DNA of 64,000 nt from Azolla caroliniana (GCA_043228905.1 JBHGNT010000005.1:22692001-22756000), one strand, 5' to 3'; numbered from the stretch's first letter, positions 13,587-27,500 are shown. Notes: generated by a model from the letters alone, not told the origin. Numbers and translations are program-made.

Positions 13587-16500
13587 ATGGAACCTTCCCC
13601 TCCTCCCCTCCTTACATTAGGCTCTCTAAATCATCCTCTTCTTCGACGCCTTCTGACAAGCAGTTGTGTTATCCTCATCGTCGGAGGCTTCCTCATCGAA
13701 ATCGATGACGATGCAGACTCGGAGGACATGTTCATGATGGACATTCCTTCCCACATGCCTTCGTCCACCATGGATCCACATGAACCTGCCTCGCATTGGC
13801 AGGAGGCGGCGGCGATGGACACCTGCAGACCTAATAACCATTGCATCCATTCATATGTCCATACCTGCCCTAATTGTTCCACACCACCGGAGTCTGTGAA
13901 TGCCTGCCCTAATCATTTCTTCGTCTTTTCTGCATCTCCTCAGGCGCACCCTGTAAATAACTCGATGCATTCACCATCCGAAACCTACTCCATAAATTCG
14001 ATGGATTGTTCGATATCACCTGTACCTAACCCTAATTCCATCGATCCAACATCATTCGCAACCTGCCCTGTAAATACTACTACTGGTTCAATCTCCCCCA
14101 CCACTCACCCTAATTCAATGGATTCATCATTGCTTGTCCACTCACACATTAATTCGAATGATACATCCTCAACTGGAATCCTCCCAAATCATCTGACCAA
14201 TTTATCATCATCCTTGGACGCCGTCTTCCCTAATCGGAATTGGATTGATTCAACATTGCCGCCATCATCGGCTCTCCAACCTAGTAATTGGATGCATTCA
14301 TCATCATTAAATTTGGTTGTTCACCCAAATCATCATTATTCGATCGATCCATCGTCCACATCGTCCATCCCCTGCACCGATTCGATTGCAGAAGTATCAA
14401 TTCCCCATGCTCCTAACGATAAGCCGGCATCCGGCGATTTAATATTTGACCATGACATGAATCAAAGAGCGGGGTTTAACATTTCGAGCTTTGTCGTGCC
14501 GACCAATTGCTCGCACGAGGACCTCATCATTGGGCAGATATCTATTAGTGAGTACAAAGAGATGATAAGTCAAGGGAGGAAAGCAAGAAGCAAAAGGAAA
14601 AGGAAAGGGAGGAGGAGGAGGAGGAGAAGGAATAAGGAGAAGGAAGAAGATGAAGACATGGATGAGGTAAACCATGTTCAAGGCTTTGTTGTAAAGTGTG
14701 ATAATGTTAATAATAGTGATCATAGTGTAGTACTAGGAGAATTTAGTGGCAAAGATACTCTAACAAGGAACCTCATGTGTCCCGGACCCGATCTCGATAT
14801 GTTGTCCGTCGAGTCATCCCAACCCACAGTACCGAAGCATGCCCCTAAATCACACCAGAGCCATGTACCTGTCGTCGATGCCGGTATTGTGGACACTATC
14901 AATATTGTCAATGTTGATGACAATATTATTGGTTGTGTCGGTGAGAAGATCATCGGGCAATCTCCTGTGCCTCTGCCTCCTCCCGTGTTGCTCATGCTCA
15001 ACAAAGATTTCATTGTCACTTCTCCCTTGAAGGAGAACCTCATGCTCACACTCGCCCTGACTGGTCATAAACGTACTGTTGGGGACAATGTTGAAGCATC
15101 GGACCATACTCCGTTCCGACAATATGACATGAAAAGACATATCCTAGTTGGGCAATTCAAGGCATTTTCGTCGTTCTTGCACTTCCGACTTGGGCATGAT
15201 GCGATGAGGGTTCGCACTGAGAGCAATGCCGGTGGAACTTCTACAATATCGGAGGTAAATATTCGTTGCTTTACAATCAAGAAATGTATCACAAAGTTTT
15301 TAGAGGTTATATTGTTAGCATTACAAACAAAACACTAATGGATGTAATGAATACTTGAAGTGTTAAGAGGACAAGGGGCATTTATCATACATGCATACCT
15401 ATATGTCTTGTGCTTTGCAACGTTTTTGTTTATATTTGAACTCCATAAAAAAATGGATAATGCATGCTTAGTTGTAACTTTTTACTGTTATATAAAGAGT
15501 TCAAATTTGAAATCCACTAAATGAAAACATGTAAGGTATTACTAGAACATGATGCACTACATCACCACATCGCGTTATGTAGGTTATAATGTCCTTTTTT
15601 GTCTCTTAATGGGCAAATTATGGAGGAGTACGATAGAAGGTCAAGGAGATAGGCGCCACAATCTCTTGAATTGTGAAAATTAGAGGACATGTGAGATGAG
15701 TTGAAGGAGTAGCTATGCCATGCCCATGTTTCCTTTGTGCTTTTGTATATATGAACTTATTAAATGATATTGGGTGTAGTCATTGTCTGTGGAGTACTTT
15801 GTAAGGAGGTTTGGAGCCAAAGACATTGTCACTGAGATGGAGGTGGAATATTGTGCATTCAATTGGAAAAAGGTAGATTACATATGTTCTCTCTATGGGC
15901 AACGAGTTGGGGTTTCAGTTACTCGGGCAATGTCATTTCCCGATCCCAAGGAATTCTCTACACAAATGGCTTACAGGCTTTTATATAAGAAGCTCTTTGG
16001 TTTGGTAAGCAATCAATGCAAACATTTAATGGGTACCATCTTGATGGTTTACATAAATAACAATGATGCATGTTGGTACTAATCTATATGCAAAATTCCT
16101 TAGGTGGTTGCCCGACATGGTGTATCGAAGCGACATTGTTTTTCTCAATGCATATTACATGTTTGGTGTGAAACCCAGCATAGTGCCCATATTATGCAAC
16201 GAGAATATGACGGTACATAATTCTGGTGCCCAAAAATCAATTGATTTTATGTGTTTGAATGCAATACATATTGCCCTAAAGTCCTTCTAGTACCAACATG
16301 GAATCGTAATATAACTCCCACATTCCATAAGACTTGTGACGCACATGAATCTTTCATGATAATAAGACCAAACCTAAGAATACAAGTATAATTACTCAGC
16401 CTATACAGCCACCTAGTCTACTATTATTTGAAATAGAACCTCACTAATTGCAAATGTAAGCATAAAAGGAGTGGATACGTATCATCATTGACGAAATACT

Positions 16501-16641
16501 ATTGACGAAACAATTTATTAATATAATACAGGAGTGTCTCGAGAATTGGATATTGCTGATGATGTGATAATGGTGTTGACAATTGCTGAAGGATGGCATG
16601 CAAGACCCATTTTTTACGAAAAACTCTTGAGGAATGCATGA
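13587..16641 (+). CDS. AAC4-like protein (Dictyostelium 'AAC-rich mRNA clone AAC4' family) with a long low-complexity N-terminus; exons 13587-15254, 15780-16004, 16104-16212, 16532-16641
   Basis: Canonical GT-AG junctions keep the frame. The spliced C-terminus reads SNAGGTSTISE/SLSVEYF..TEMEVEY..KKVDY..RVGVSVTRAMSF..RLLYKKLFGL/VVAR..CILHVWCET../GVSRELDIADDVIMVLTIAEG..IF, which matches recalled AAC4-family motifs (NAGG.S..SE, TE.EI.Y, K.TDY, GVSVTR, LL.KKL.G, ILH.W). Confidence 0.8.
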
Positions 16642-16772
16642 ATGCAAGTGAGGTAGTTCCCTCCAGTAAATCAATTTGGCAATGTTTATTGTATATAACC
16701 TTGGCATTGTTTCTTTTTGTGTGCTTTGATGTTGAACAACATGCATGACATATTGTGAATGTGGCATCGAAA

Positions 16773-17070
16773 GATGAACTTGTAAATTTATTTGTACATG
16801 GAGAGCATATATCATGCTCATTTGTTGTAAACAAAACTGACACAAGATGGTTAACTTGTAAATTTATTTGTATATGAAGAGCATATTGATGTTCTTTTGT
16901 TGTATAGAAAACCAATTATTTGGATGAACTTGTAAATTTATTTGTACATGGAGAGCATATTCATGCTCATTTGTTCTGAACAAAGTTGGTATAGATGGTC
17001 AACTTGGAAATTTATTTGTATATGAAGAGCATATTGATGGTCTTTTGTTGTATAGAAAACCAATTATTTG
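16773..17070. repeat. Tandem repeat of four ~75-bp monomers arranged as two ~150-bp dimers
   Basis: AACTTG(T/G)AAATTTATTTGTA(C/T)ATG.AGAGCATAT recurs at about 16777, 16853, 16926 and 17001, alternating between A and B variants. Confidence 0.85.
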
Positions 17071-17399
17071 GCTTCATTGTAAAACAATACTCAAAATTGA
17101 GTGTTATACTCAAGAATGCCTTGGAATAAGCACGATCAAGCCTTGAATTCCTTTGAGATGTACTTTTGTTTGAAAATGTAGAAAAGATATGAACATATGT
17201 GCTCAATGTGTTATGAAGTGAAGCTAAAACTAACTATAGATTATATTATCAATGAGTATACTTGTTTATCAAATGCTCTTTGGTAACGTTCTAATAAAAA
17301 GGAAATAATGTGCACAATCAATCAATTTCTCCAAAGCTAGAAGTTTAACCTTAAGTATATTATAACTTGCTCAAATGTTTCTCTACTTAATACAATGTG

Positions 17400-17863
17400 G
17401 ATTTTGCTATGGATTTGCTAGAAACTCCACTAGTAGTAATTGTCTTAAAGCTTAATCACTAAAACCGCCAAACCCCCCCAAATTCTCTCTTAAACGAATG
17501 TGACATTTTTGACAGTCTATGGAGGTAATCAAACAAGAACACCTTTCTCACGCCCCAATTGTAACATATATGTAAGGTGTCACTAATACCATAAGGTAAA
17601 GCTTTGACTCCGTAGGAAAAACCCCAAATTAATATTGCAACTAATGATGCTCAAAGTTGTGAAATATCAACCAAATGATTTTTGCAATTGGGCACATAGG
17701 CATTTTTGTATGCCATTCTACTCAAATACTATATAGAAAAAGTGTGTTTTTTCCATCTAAAAGTTGTTGGCATTTTGTTTTGAAGTCATTGCCAAAAGAT
17801 AAAAATCGCCCACTAATGTATGTGTCATCAACACTTTCACATAGAATTGGAAGATGGTATTAC
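17400..17863 (-). mobile_element. Old L1-type LINE fragment, probably continuing at about 39919-40050 and split by copia element A
   Basis: The minus strand has a remnant resembling the post-RT 'PK..GGLG..D' motif (KREFGGFGGFSD). It is heavily decayed. Confidence 0.25.
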
Positions 17864-20800
17864 TGTTGGGGGCAAGGCGTTAATGTTGAAGATCAGACAA
17901 CGTCTGTGATGGTGAAGAACCTGCGTATGCGAGTTGACACTAGATACAGAGAGAGAGAGAGAGAGAGATACACAAAGAAATAGGATTTTATTTCTCAATA
18001 GCTAGAACTACAAGAATTACAACCAGCCACTACTAACAGGTTACAAAGTCACTTTATATAGTGATTGTCCTAGGGCAACTACCCTTTGTGCTATTTACAG
18101 AAATAGCCCGAACTTGGGATGTCCAAGGGAACAGTGTGAATACGACCATTATACACTCGTATTCGACACTCCCTTGTAATGGGCGTATACATGGGTTATC
18201 TAAAGAATTACAGGTATATATACAAGGTTTATTAGACAGATCGATTTTGTTAGAGTCGGCAAGATCCGAAGACAGAAGACCGAACCGGTCAAGTCGGAAG
18301 AGCTGAAGCCGATCCTCAGGGAACCGATGTCGGTGGTTCGAAACCGTCCTGTGTTGTGTGTCTGACTTTAACCGGACCGATTTTTCGTTACGCCCATCTG
18401 GTGCCGAAGGGACCGGAAATGATCTGCCGAAAGACACTTGGTCATTACATCTGCGACATTATCGGTTGTGGATATCTTCTCTAGACTGATTTTCCCTGAA
18501 ATGATGCAGTGCCGAACGAAGTGATATCGAACGTCGATATGCTTGGAGGCGTTGTGGTGAACCGGGTTTTTTGACAAAGCAACAACACCCTGACTGTCGC
18601 TGTAGACAATTGGAGCCGAGTCAGAGTCGACCTGTCGAAACGTGTGTGCCAGCCGATCGAGCCGTAAGGCTTCTTTTGCCGCATCGGACGTAGCTACATA
18701 TTCCGCTTTAGTCGTTGAGGTGGCTGTAAACTCCTGAAGTTTCGATTTCCACGAGATTGCTCCATTGCCGAATTTGAAACAGTATCCGGTTGTTGATTTC
18801 CAACTATCCACACAGCCGACGAAGTCCGAGTTGGTGTAACCAACTACACCTGAGGTTGAGTTCGGGCTGAAGAGAATGTCGTGGTCTTTTGGTCTTTTGT
18901 GCCAACTAGATATCTGAACATATGCTTGACTGCGTTCCAGTGCAATCGGTCAGGGTTGTGCATGAATCTGCTGAGGACTTGTTGAGAGACAAGCTCAACA
19001 TCGGCCGGATCGGCTGAAGAAGCCGAGGACCGGATTGGTTGGGACCGATCGGTTAGGCCGAATGCGTAAACCGGTACGCAGACCGGTGCGTAGTTAGGGC
19101 CGGATCGGTGTGTAAACCGAGAGGCCGTTAGGAAAGATATTCCGTGAGGAATATATTTGGGAGTTAGTGTAGGAGCTCTTAGTGAGCATTGAAGTACTGT
19201 CTCTCCCGCGTATATTGCGTAAGCTCTCTCTCTCACTCTCTCTGTCTCTCCCGCGTATATTGCGTAAGCTCAAGCTCTCCATTAAACCTGAGTGTTCTTC
19301 CTTCTGTTCGGTCTTCATACTTGCTTCCGCACGCTACTTTCTACATGGTATCAGAGCGCGAGGGTTGAGAACCTCTTTGCAGCCGACACAACTTGACGAA
19401 GAAGAACAAGAAGGACGATGGATAGAGGCATGGCGAGCTCGCTTCCAACAGAGAAGCTCGACAGAACCAACTATGCGTCTTGGTCCTACAAGATGCACCA
19501 GTACCTGCTCGGGCACGACTATTGGAGTTATGTCGAAGGAGCTAATGACGCGGCACCCGAATCGACACACAGAGACTTCCCGTCGTGGGAGCAATCGGCG
19601 AGCAGGGTATTATACTGCTTCGCGTCGTGTGTGGGTGAATAGCTATTGAGCTATTTTCAGGATGCAAAGACGCTGAAGGGTGCGTGGGAAAATCTGAAGA
19701 AAATTTTCGCCGCGAGCACCACTGCCAGGAAGCTTCAGCTCCGACAGGAGTTGAGCAACCTACGACAACGCGACTTGTCGGTGGCGGACTATACCTCGAA
19801 GATCAAGGATATCTGCGACTCCCTCGCCTCCATAGAGGTGAACATCGAGGAGAGCGAGATGGTCCAGATTTGTCTCGGAGGTTTGGCATCGAAGTTCGGA
19901 GCGTTCCGAACGGCTGTGTGTACCCGGGAGAATACGTCGTCCTTTTTCGACTTACAATCAATGCTCATGGTAGAGGAGAACTACGCGGGTGCGTCTACAA
20001 GCACGCACACCAACAACAGAATGTTGTACACGGAGGGAGATAGGCCCCGTGGACGTGAAGGACGAGGCGAGTCGGCGCACAATGGAGGTGGCTGACGAGA
20101 TCAAGGAAGAAGGCACCGAAGTGATGCCGACAGCAACTCTGGACCCTCCGGAAACAGGGGGAGTCAAAGCGATGAGAACCGGCAAGGGAAGGCCATCGCG
20201 GAGTGCTGGTACTGTGGCAAGAAAGGCCACAGGGAAAGTGAGTGCTGGAAGAGGCGCGCCGATTCGGAGAGAACAGGTTCCGGAAACAGCTCCGGACATA
20301 CCGACAAGGGAAATCGGCAACGATCGCACTACGCTAAAGACTCCGGGAGAGCCGGAGAAGGGTCTGCCTTCGTGACGAGACACGAAGCAAACTCAATGAA
20401 ACAGAGCACCCCGAGATCGGACGAGGTGTGGTACCTAGACTCCGGCGCGTCAAACCACATGACGAGCCATAAGGAGTGGTTCTCGTACCTTGAAAAACCG
20501 ATACAACCTGGAGTAGTCGCAACTGGAGACGACACTCCGCATCCGATCGCAAATGTCGGAGAAGTTCCCCTTAGCCATGTCGGGCAGAAAGGGAAACTCA
20601 TGAACGTGCTGCACGTTCCGACAATCACGAAAAACTTGGTCTCGGTCGGACAGATCGTCGACCAAGGGATGGGGGTTCGGTTTACACACCTCGGGTGCTT
20701 CATTGAGGAAGAAGGCCGTGTGATTGCGCAAGGGCGCAGAGACGGGAGGATGTTCATCCTCGACTCCACTGACGGCGGCACCGCAATGTTCGCGAAGGGA

Positions 20801-23800
20801 CGAAAATCTGAGTTGGACATCGACTTGTGGCACAAGCGGATAGGCCACGTCAACTACCAACAGCTTCAAGATCTGCAATCGAAACAGGTAGTGTTCGGAT
20901 TGCCCAAATTTAGTGGCCGAAAGGCACAAATTTGTGAAGCCTGCTAGCTCGGGAAGCAACACCGACTTCCTTTCCCCAACGAGCGAAACCGGAGCCGGAA
21001 CAAGCTCGACCTTATACACTCCGATGTGTAGGGGCCGACACAAAATGTTAGTCTTGGCGGGAGCCGATATTTCGTCTTCTTCATCGACGACCACACGCGG
21101 CACACGTGGATCTACCTCATTGAAAGGAAGAGCGAAGTCTTCGACTGTTTCCTGGACCTCAAAGGGTTCGTGGAAACGGAAACGGGACGAAAGATCAAGT
21201 GCCTACGGTCAAATGGCGGGAAAGAGTACTTTTCTGGTCAATTCAACGGTTACCTACAACAAATGGGAATTCGGCGCGAATTCAGTTGTAGATACACGCC
21301 GGAGCAAAATGGCGTGGCCGAGAGGAAGAATCAGTCAGTTGTGGAAGCGGCACGGGTAATGCTGGAGGAGAAGAGCTTGCCCAAGTTCTACTGGGCCGAG
21401 GCGGTAAGGACCGCGGTATACATCCAGAACCGGATCGGAGACAAAGTGTCGGCGTACGAGCTATATTTCGGAACGAAGCCGAACTTGCGACACTTGAGGG
21501 TGTTCGGTAGCATTGCGTATGTGCATGTACCAAAGGAGAAAAGGAGGAAGTTGGACGCAAAGGCCGAGAAATGCATCTTGGTCGGTTACTCGGACGAGCA
21601 GAAGGGTTATAAGTGCTATAACCCTCGCACCAAACAAGCGCGTGTTAGCCGCGACGTTGTGTTTGACGAGTCCGCGTCCTGGTACCAGCCCCCGACTCCG
21701 AACCCCAACTCCAATCCGAGTTCTAACGATGACGTCAGTGAGGCCGAGATGCCTCCAGATGAGCCCGAAATCGAGACCCGCCAAGAGGGTCCGATTTCAC
21801 TCCGCTTAAGTGGACCGATTGGATGACTGAGTCGGTACGATCAGTCCGATGAAGAGCCGGTGAGTAGTGGAGACTCGATCGTGCATTCCCCGCGCAGGAA
21901 GCCGAGGAGACGGCTTACGCGCAAAGAGAAAGGGAAGAAGAAGGTGTCAGATTCCGGCATGGATAGGAACGAGTCAGACCGACGCGGGTCCAACTCTGAG
22001 GGAACCGGTGACGGGTCTTTAAAAGTGAAGTCCGCGTCGACCGAGAAGGCCTCGACATCGGCTAATGTGAGATTACGCCGATCTACCCGCCAGAAGAATC
22101 CTGTTTTGCGGTTCGGATACAACGAGTACATGGCGCATCATTATGCGTACATGACCCGTGTAGCGGAGTGCGTGAGCCGGAGAGCTACGCAGAAGCGGTT
22201 AAAGACGCGGCTTGGCGTGCCGCGATGGAGGAAGGGATGCACGCATTGGCGGAGAACGAGACCTGGGACCTGGTTGACGCACCGAAGGGTGTGAAGCCGA
22301 TCGGGTGTAGGTGGGTGTACAAGGTCAAGTACAACACTGATGGCTCGGTCAACTGGTACAAGGCTCGGCTAGTGGCAAAGGGCTACGCGCAGAAACACGG
22401 CATCGACTACGATGAGACGTTTGCGCCGGTCGCGAAAATGACGACTGTTCGTGTTTTGCTCGTGGTAGCTGCGGTGAAGGGGTGGCACTTACATCAGATT
22501 GATGTAAAGAATGCATTCCTGCAAGGTGACCTTGAGGAACAGGTGTACATGGTACAACCCCCCAGATTTCACTCCAGAACGAACTCCTCGGTAGTATGCC
22601 GACTGAAGAAGTCCCTTTACGGACTGAAGCAAGCCCCGCGTGCCTGGAACGCGAAGATCACGCAACAACTGCGTCGGATGGGCTTCGTCACATCAAAATC
22701 GGACTCTTCCCTATTCATCCGGAAAGGTCGACTTAGATCAGTTAGTATTTTACTGTATGTTGATGACTTGGTCATCACCGGCGCCGACCTAGGTGAAATC
22801 GACCGCGTGAAGCTCCAGCTTGCGGCATCGTTCGACATGAAGGATCTGGTGGACCTTCATTACTTCCTCGAGATCGAAGTGATCCGTACCCCCGAAGGCA
22901 TATTGATCAGCCAACGTCATTACGTGCTGGGTATGCTCTTCAAATTCGGGATGGCCGACTGTAAGTCCGTCTCGACTCCTCTGGACAGAACCGTCAAGCT
23001 TCGTCCCAATATAGGAAAGGTATGCGACCCGACGAGGTTCCGACAAATTGTCGGAAGCCTCATATACTTGACCATCACCCGACCCGACCTCAGTTATCCG
23101 GTCGGAGTGATTAGTCAGTTTATGGTGCGACCTACCAAGGAGCACCTTTAGTGTGCGCAACGCATACTTCGGTATGTCAATGGCACTAAGGACCGGGGAT
23201 TGCTATATTGGACCGGTGTAGTCGCGCAGTTAATCGGCTACACCGATGTTGATTGGGCTGGCAACGCCGCCGATCGCCAATCCACGTCCGGATATGCGTT
23301 CTCCCTCGGGAGTGCCACGATCTCGTGGAGCAGTAAGAAGCAACCGACAGTTGCACTATCGAGCACCAAAGCTGAGTACCGAGGAGCAGCTGTCGCGACA
23401 TGCGAAGCCATATGGATGAAGCAGCTACTTACGGACCTGCAAGAGGAGGTGTCAGATCCGACGACGATATACAACATCCAGCTCGCGAAAAACCCCGTTT
23501 TCCACGCACGGACCAAGCACATTGAGGTGCACTACCATTTCGTCCGTGAGCGTGTCCTTTCCGGTGAAGTCGAACTTCAATACATTCCGACGGATCGACA
23601 AACAGCCGACATCTTCACCAAGCCTCTTGGTCTGGACAAGTTGCGGCAATTCTCAGGTGCGCTCGGATTGCGTCACCTCGACATGCCAAACTTGAGGGGG
23701 AGAACAATCCCGAACGACCAAGCAAGGCAGCAGGAAAGGAGCAGAGACCGCGACACCGAGTCGGTTGTTGAGTTCGACTTCGGATCGATTGAAGAAGTTG

Positions 23801-24340
23801 AGGGCGGACTTGCGGAAAAGTCCGGAAGCGGACAGAAGGGGAGCAGCCGAAGGAGAGAGCCGAAGCCAACCACGCATGGGGAAGATGACGCCATCGAGGG
23901 CGAGAAGACCGAAGACAAGTTGGAGACAGCCAACTCGGATGAGAGCGAAAACCGATCGGAGATAACTGAGTCGGTTCGGATGTTTGATTCAGATACGCTG
24001 AATCAACCAAGGCCCAAGCGGAAGAAAAGGCAACAGGAGAAGCGTCAACACCGCAATAGCAGAAGAGCTAATAAGGGCCACATGAGCAGACAAGCCGACC
24101 GGAAGGGTCGAAGCACGCAGAGTCGAACAAGTCGAGGAGCGTGAGCGAGGCGTGAAGCCAGGAGGAACTGGAGTTGTGAGCCCAAAGATCCCGAAGAGCC
24201 TCAAATTGAGCTTGAGGGGGAGTGTTGAGAGACAAGCTCAACATCGGCCGGATCGGCTGAAGAAGCCGAGGACTGGATCGGTTGGAACCAATCGGTTAGG
24301 CTGAATGCGTAAACCGGTACGCAGACCGATGCGTAGTTAG

Positions 24341-24512
24341 TGTCGAATACATGTGTATAATGGACGTATTCACACTATCCCGTTTTGGCCATTTATGTAA
24401 TTAGCATAAAGGGTAGTTGCCCTAAGTCGGTCACTATATATAGTGACCTTGTAACCTTTTTGTGAGGTTGGGTGTTGTATTATTGCTTTGTGAAATAAAG
24501 AGTCTTTTGTGT

Positions 24513-24548
<36 letters not shown>

Positions 24549-27500
24549 AATGACCTACATTCTGTCATACGCAGGTACTCAGCAAGGATCGAATGCTTCT
24601 TGATCTTCCGCATAGACGACCTCGTCTCCAACATCTGGTATCAGAGCCTGCACAGTAGTCGGTCCTTCAATCCGCTGTCGGCCGTCGTCTCAGCATTCGG
24701 TTTCCTCGCGTCATTCGAAGAAAGAGAGAAGAAGAACAAAAAAACGAGGTTTGCACCTCATCGCGTTAGATCCTCTTGCTTGGAGTAAGCCATCAGGTTG
24801 TACTCTGTTCCTTGTGATCGTAACCGCTCGAGGTGAAATCCCCTTGTGCATCATTGACACGATCGTGCTCCATTCGGTTAAACGGCATCCGAAAAGGTCA
24901 TTAAACGCTGCTCGCTGCTCGTTGTAACAACTCGGTGCAGATCGGTCTTAAGACAACAACCCCAAATTCGTGCTTCATCTGGCTGATCGACATTCGGGAG
25001 GATCAGTTGGATCCGTCTCTCTCGTTGCTGCAGTCAACCGAAGCAGAATCGGTCCAGATAATCGGTTTCAATAATCGGTATTCGGCATATATATCTGAAG
25101 CGAACCGGGCTCACTCCGACTCGGCAACATTCGGGAAGACCAGTCGGTTCTGTCCCTCAAGTTACCGGAGTCAATTCGAGCAAGTTCAACAATACATATA
25201 TCCGGAGCCGAACCGACTCGGGTTCAAATCCGACTAGAACGATATCGGGTGAGCCAACCGGCTGCACTCCAACAAGGTTCGTAGTCAACTCCGAACCGAG
25301 CTCCGTCAACCGAAACCAATTTGATGGCATCAACATCCGGCTCGTCAGAAATGAGTCTACGAAAGTTCGATGGATCGAACTTCAACTTCTGGAAGGAACA
25401 AATGCAGGACTATCTCATAGTCAAGGGGCAAATCGATCCCATCGAAAATGAAGAACCTCCAGAAGGATACAAACCAATTGAGTGGCAGAAGCTGGACAGA
25501 ATCGTCCGCGCCACGATTCGGATGCACCTATCGGAATCGGTATACTTTACGGTGCAATCGTGTACGACAGCATTCGAACTGTGGAAAACACTGTCGGACA
25601 CTTACGAAAAGAAGGTCGCCGCAACAAAGATGTTTCTGATCCGGCGCCTCTACAACTTGCGGATGAAAGAATCCGACTCGGTTCAAGCACACCTCAATGA
25701 ATACGAAAGCATAAGCTCCCAAATCTCGTCACAGGGGACGGCAATCGAGGATGAACTCAGAGCAATGATACTCATGAGTAGCCTTCCCTCATCATGGGAA
25801 ACTTTCGTCACAACCGTGTGCAACGCGTCAACCACGGCTGTTAAGTACTCCGAAGTCACGAGCGCAATCCTGACCGAAGCAGCTCGGAGAAAGTCTTTCG
25901 CCAAAGACTCAACAGACGACGCTTATGTAGTACAAGGTTCGACAGACCGATCGAACATACGAGGAAGAGACTCCTCACGGCCGCCGAACAATCAGCGAAG
26001 ACGGAGCCAGTCACGGGATAACCGAATCTGCAACTATTGCAAGAAACCCGGACACATCAAAGCCGACTGCCGCGCACTCAAGAACAAGAACAACAAGAAG
26101 AGTGGCCGGCATGAGGAGATCAATTACGTCAGCTTCTCGGCTGATGTACTACCGGACGACCCGAATATACTGTCAATCGAAAATCCAGTCGGATCCGAAG
26201 TTCTGCTCACGACTGAAGAATCGAGCACATGGCTCTTGGATTCGGGCGCGTCATTTCACGTGACTCCTCATAGATCCCAATTTCGGCAATATACGATCCG
26301 TCACTCCGACTCAGTTCGAGTCGGCAACTCACAACACTGTGACATCATCGGAATCGGCACAGTAGAGCTCAACCTTGCAGGTGGCTCTACACTTGTACTC
26401 CACAATGTCCGACATGTACCCGAGCTCTCAAGGCCATTGATCTCAGTCGAACAACTAGATGAAGACGGCATTCGTGCCGGTTTTTCTTCGGGAGGGTGGA
26501 CACTCCACAGGGGGAACCTCCTGCTTGCTAGAGGACCCAAGATACACTCCCTGTATCCGTTACATGTTACGCTCAGAGAGGGTAACCTGTTTTTGGTGGA
26601 TATTCCTGTGTCATCACTATGGCACAGAAGATTAGGACACCTCAGCAAGGCCGGCATTACGCATCTATCTAGAGCCGGATACATCCCCAAACTCTCCTTC
26701 TCCGACCATCAATTCTGCGAGCATTTCCAGTATGGCAAATAAGCAGCCGCATCACACCCGACATCAGCACCAAGAGAAACGAGACCTCTTGATTTAGTCC
26801 ATTCGGACGTCTGTGGCCCAATGCCGCATCAGTCTCTAGGCGGTGCCTCTTACTTCGTCAGTTTTATTGACGATTCGACTCGAAAGGTGTGGGCTTATCC
26901 AATTCGCACCAAAGATCGTGTCTTCTCGATCTTCACTGATTGGCTCGCTATGGTAGAAAATCAAACCGACCGAAAGCTGAAATGCCTTCGGACAGACAAT
27001 GGGGGAGAGTTCAAATCTGAAGAATTCGTCAAATTCTGCCGACAACGCGGCATCCGACGTGCATTTACGGCACCACACAGTCCGGAGCAAAACGGGATTG
27101 CAGAACGAATGAATCGGACAATCCAAGAACGGATAGTTTCCATGCTCCAACACTCCCGACTGTCGGATGGCTTCTGGGCAGAGGCTCTACTCACGGCAGT
27201 ACACATAATCAATATGTCGCCAAGTAGACCTCTAGGACTTCAAATTCCTCAGGAACTATGGATCGACAGTAAGCCGAATTACGACAAGCTAAGGATCTTC
27301 GGATGCGAGGCGTACGCCCTTATTCCGAAAGATGATCGCCGAAAACTTGCACCTCGGTCCAGGAAATGCATTTTCCTCGGATATGGATCCGACGGCGAAA
27401 TGGGATACCGACTCTGGGATCCCGAACGCAGACAAATCGTTCGAAGTTCGGACGTTGTGTTCAACGAGTCGGCTATGAATCCATCAGTCGAAAAACCGAT

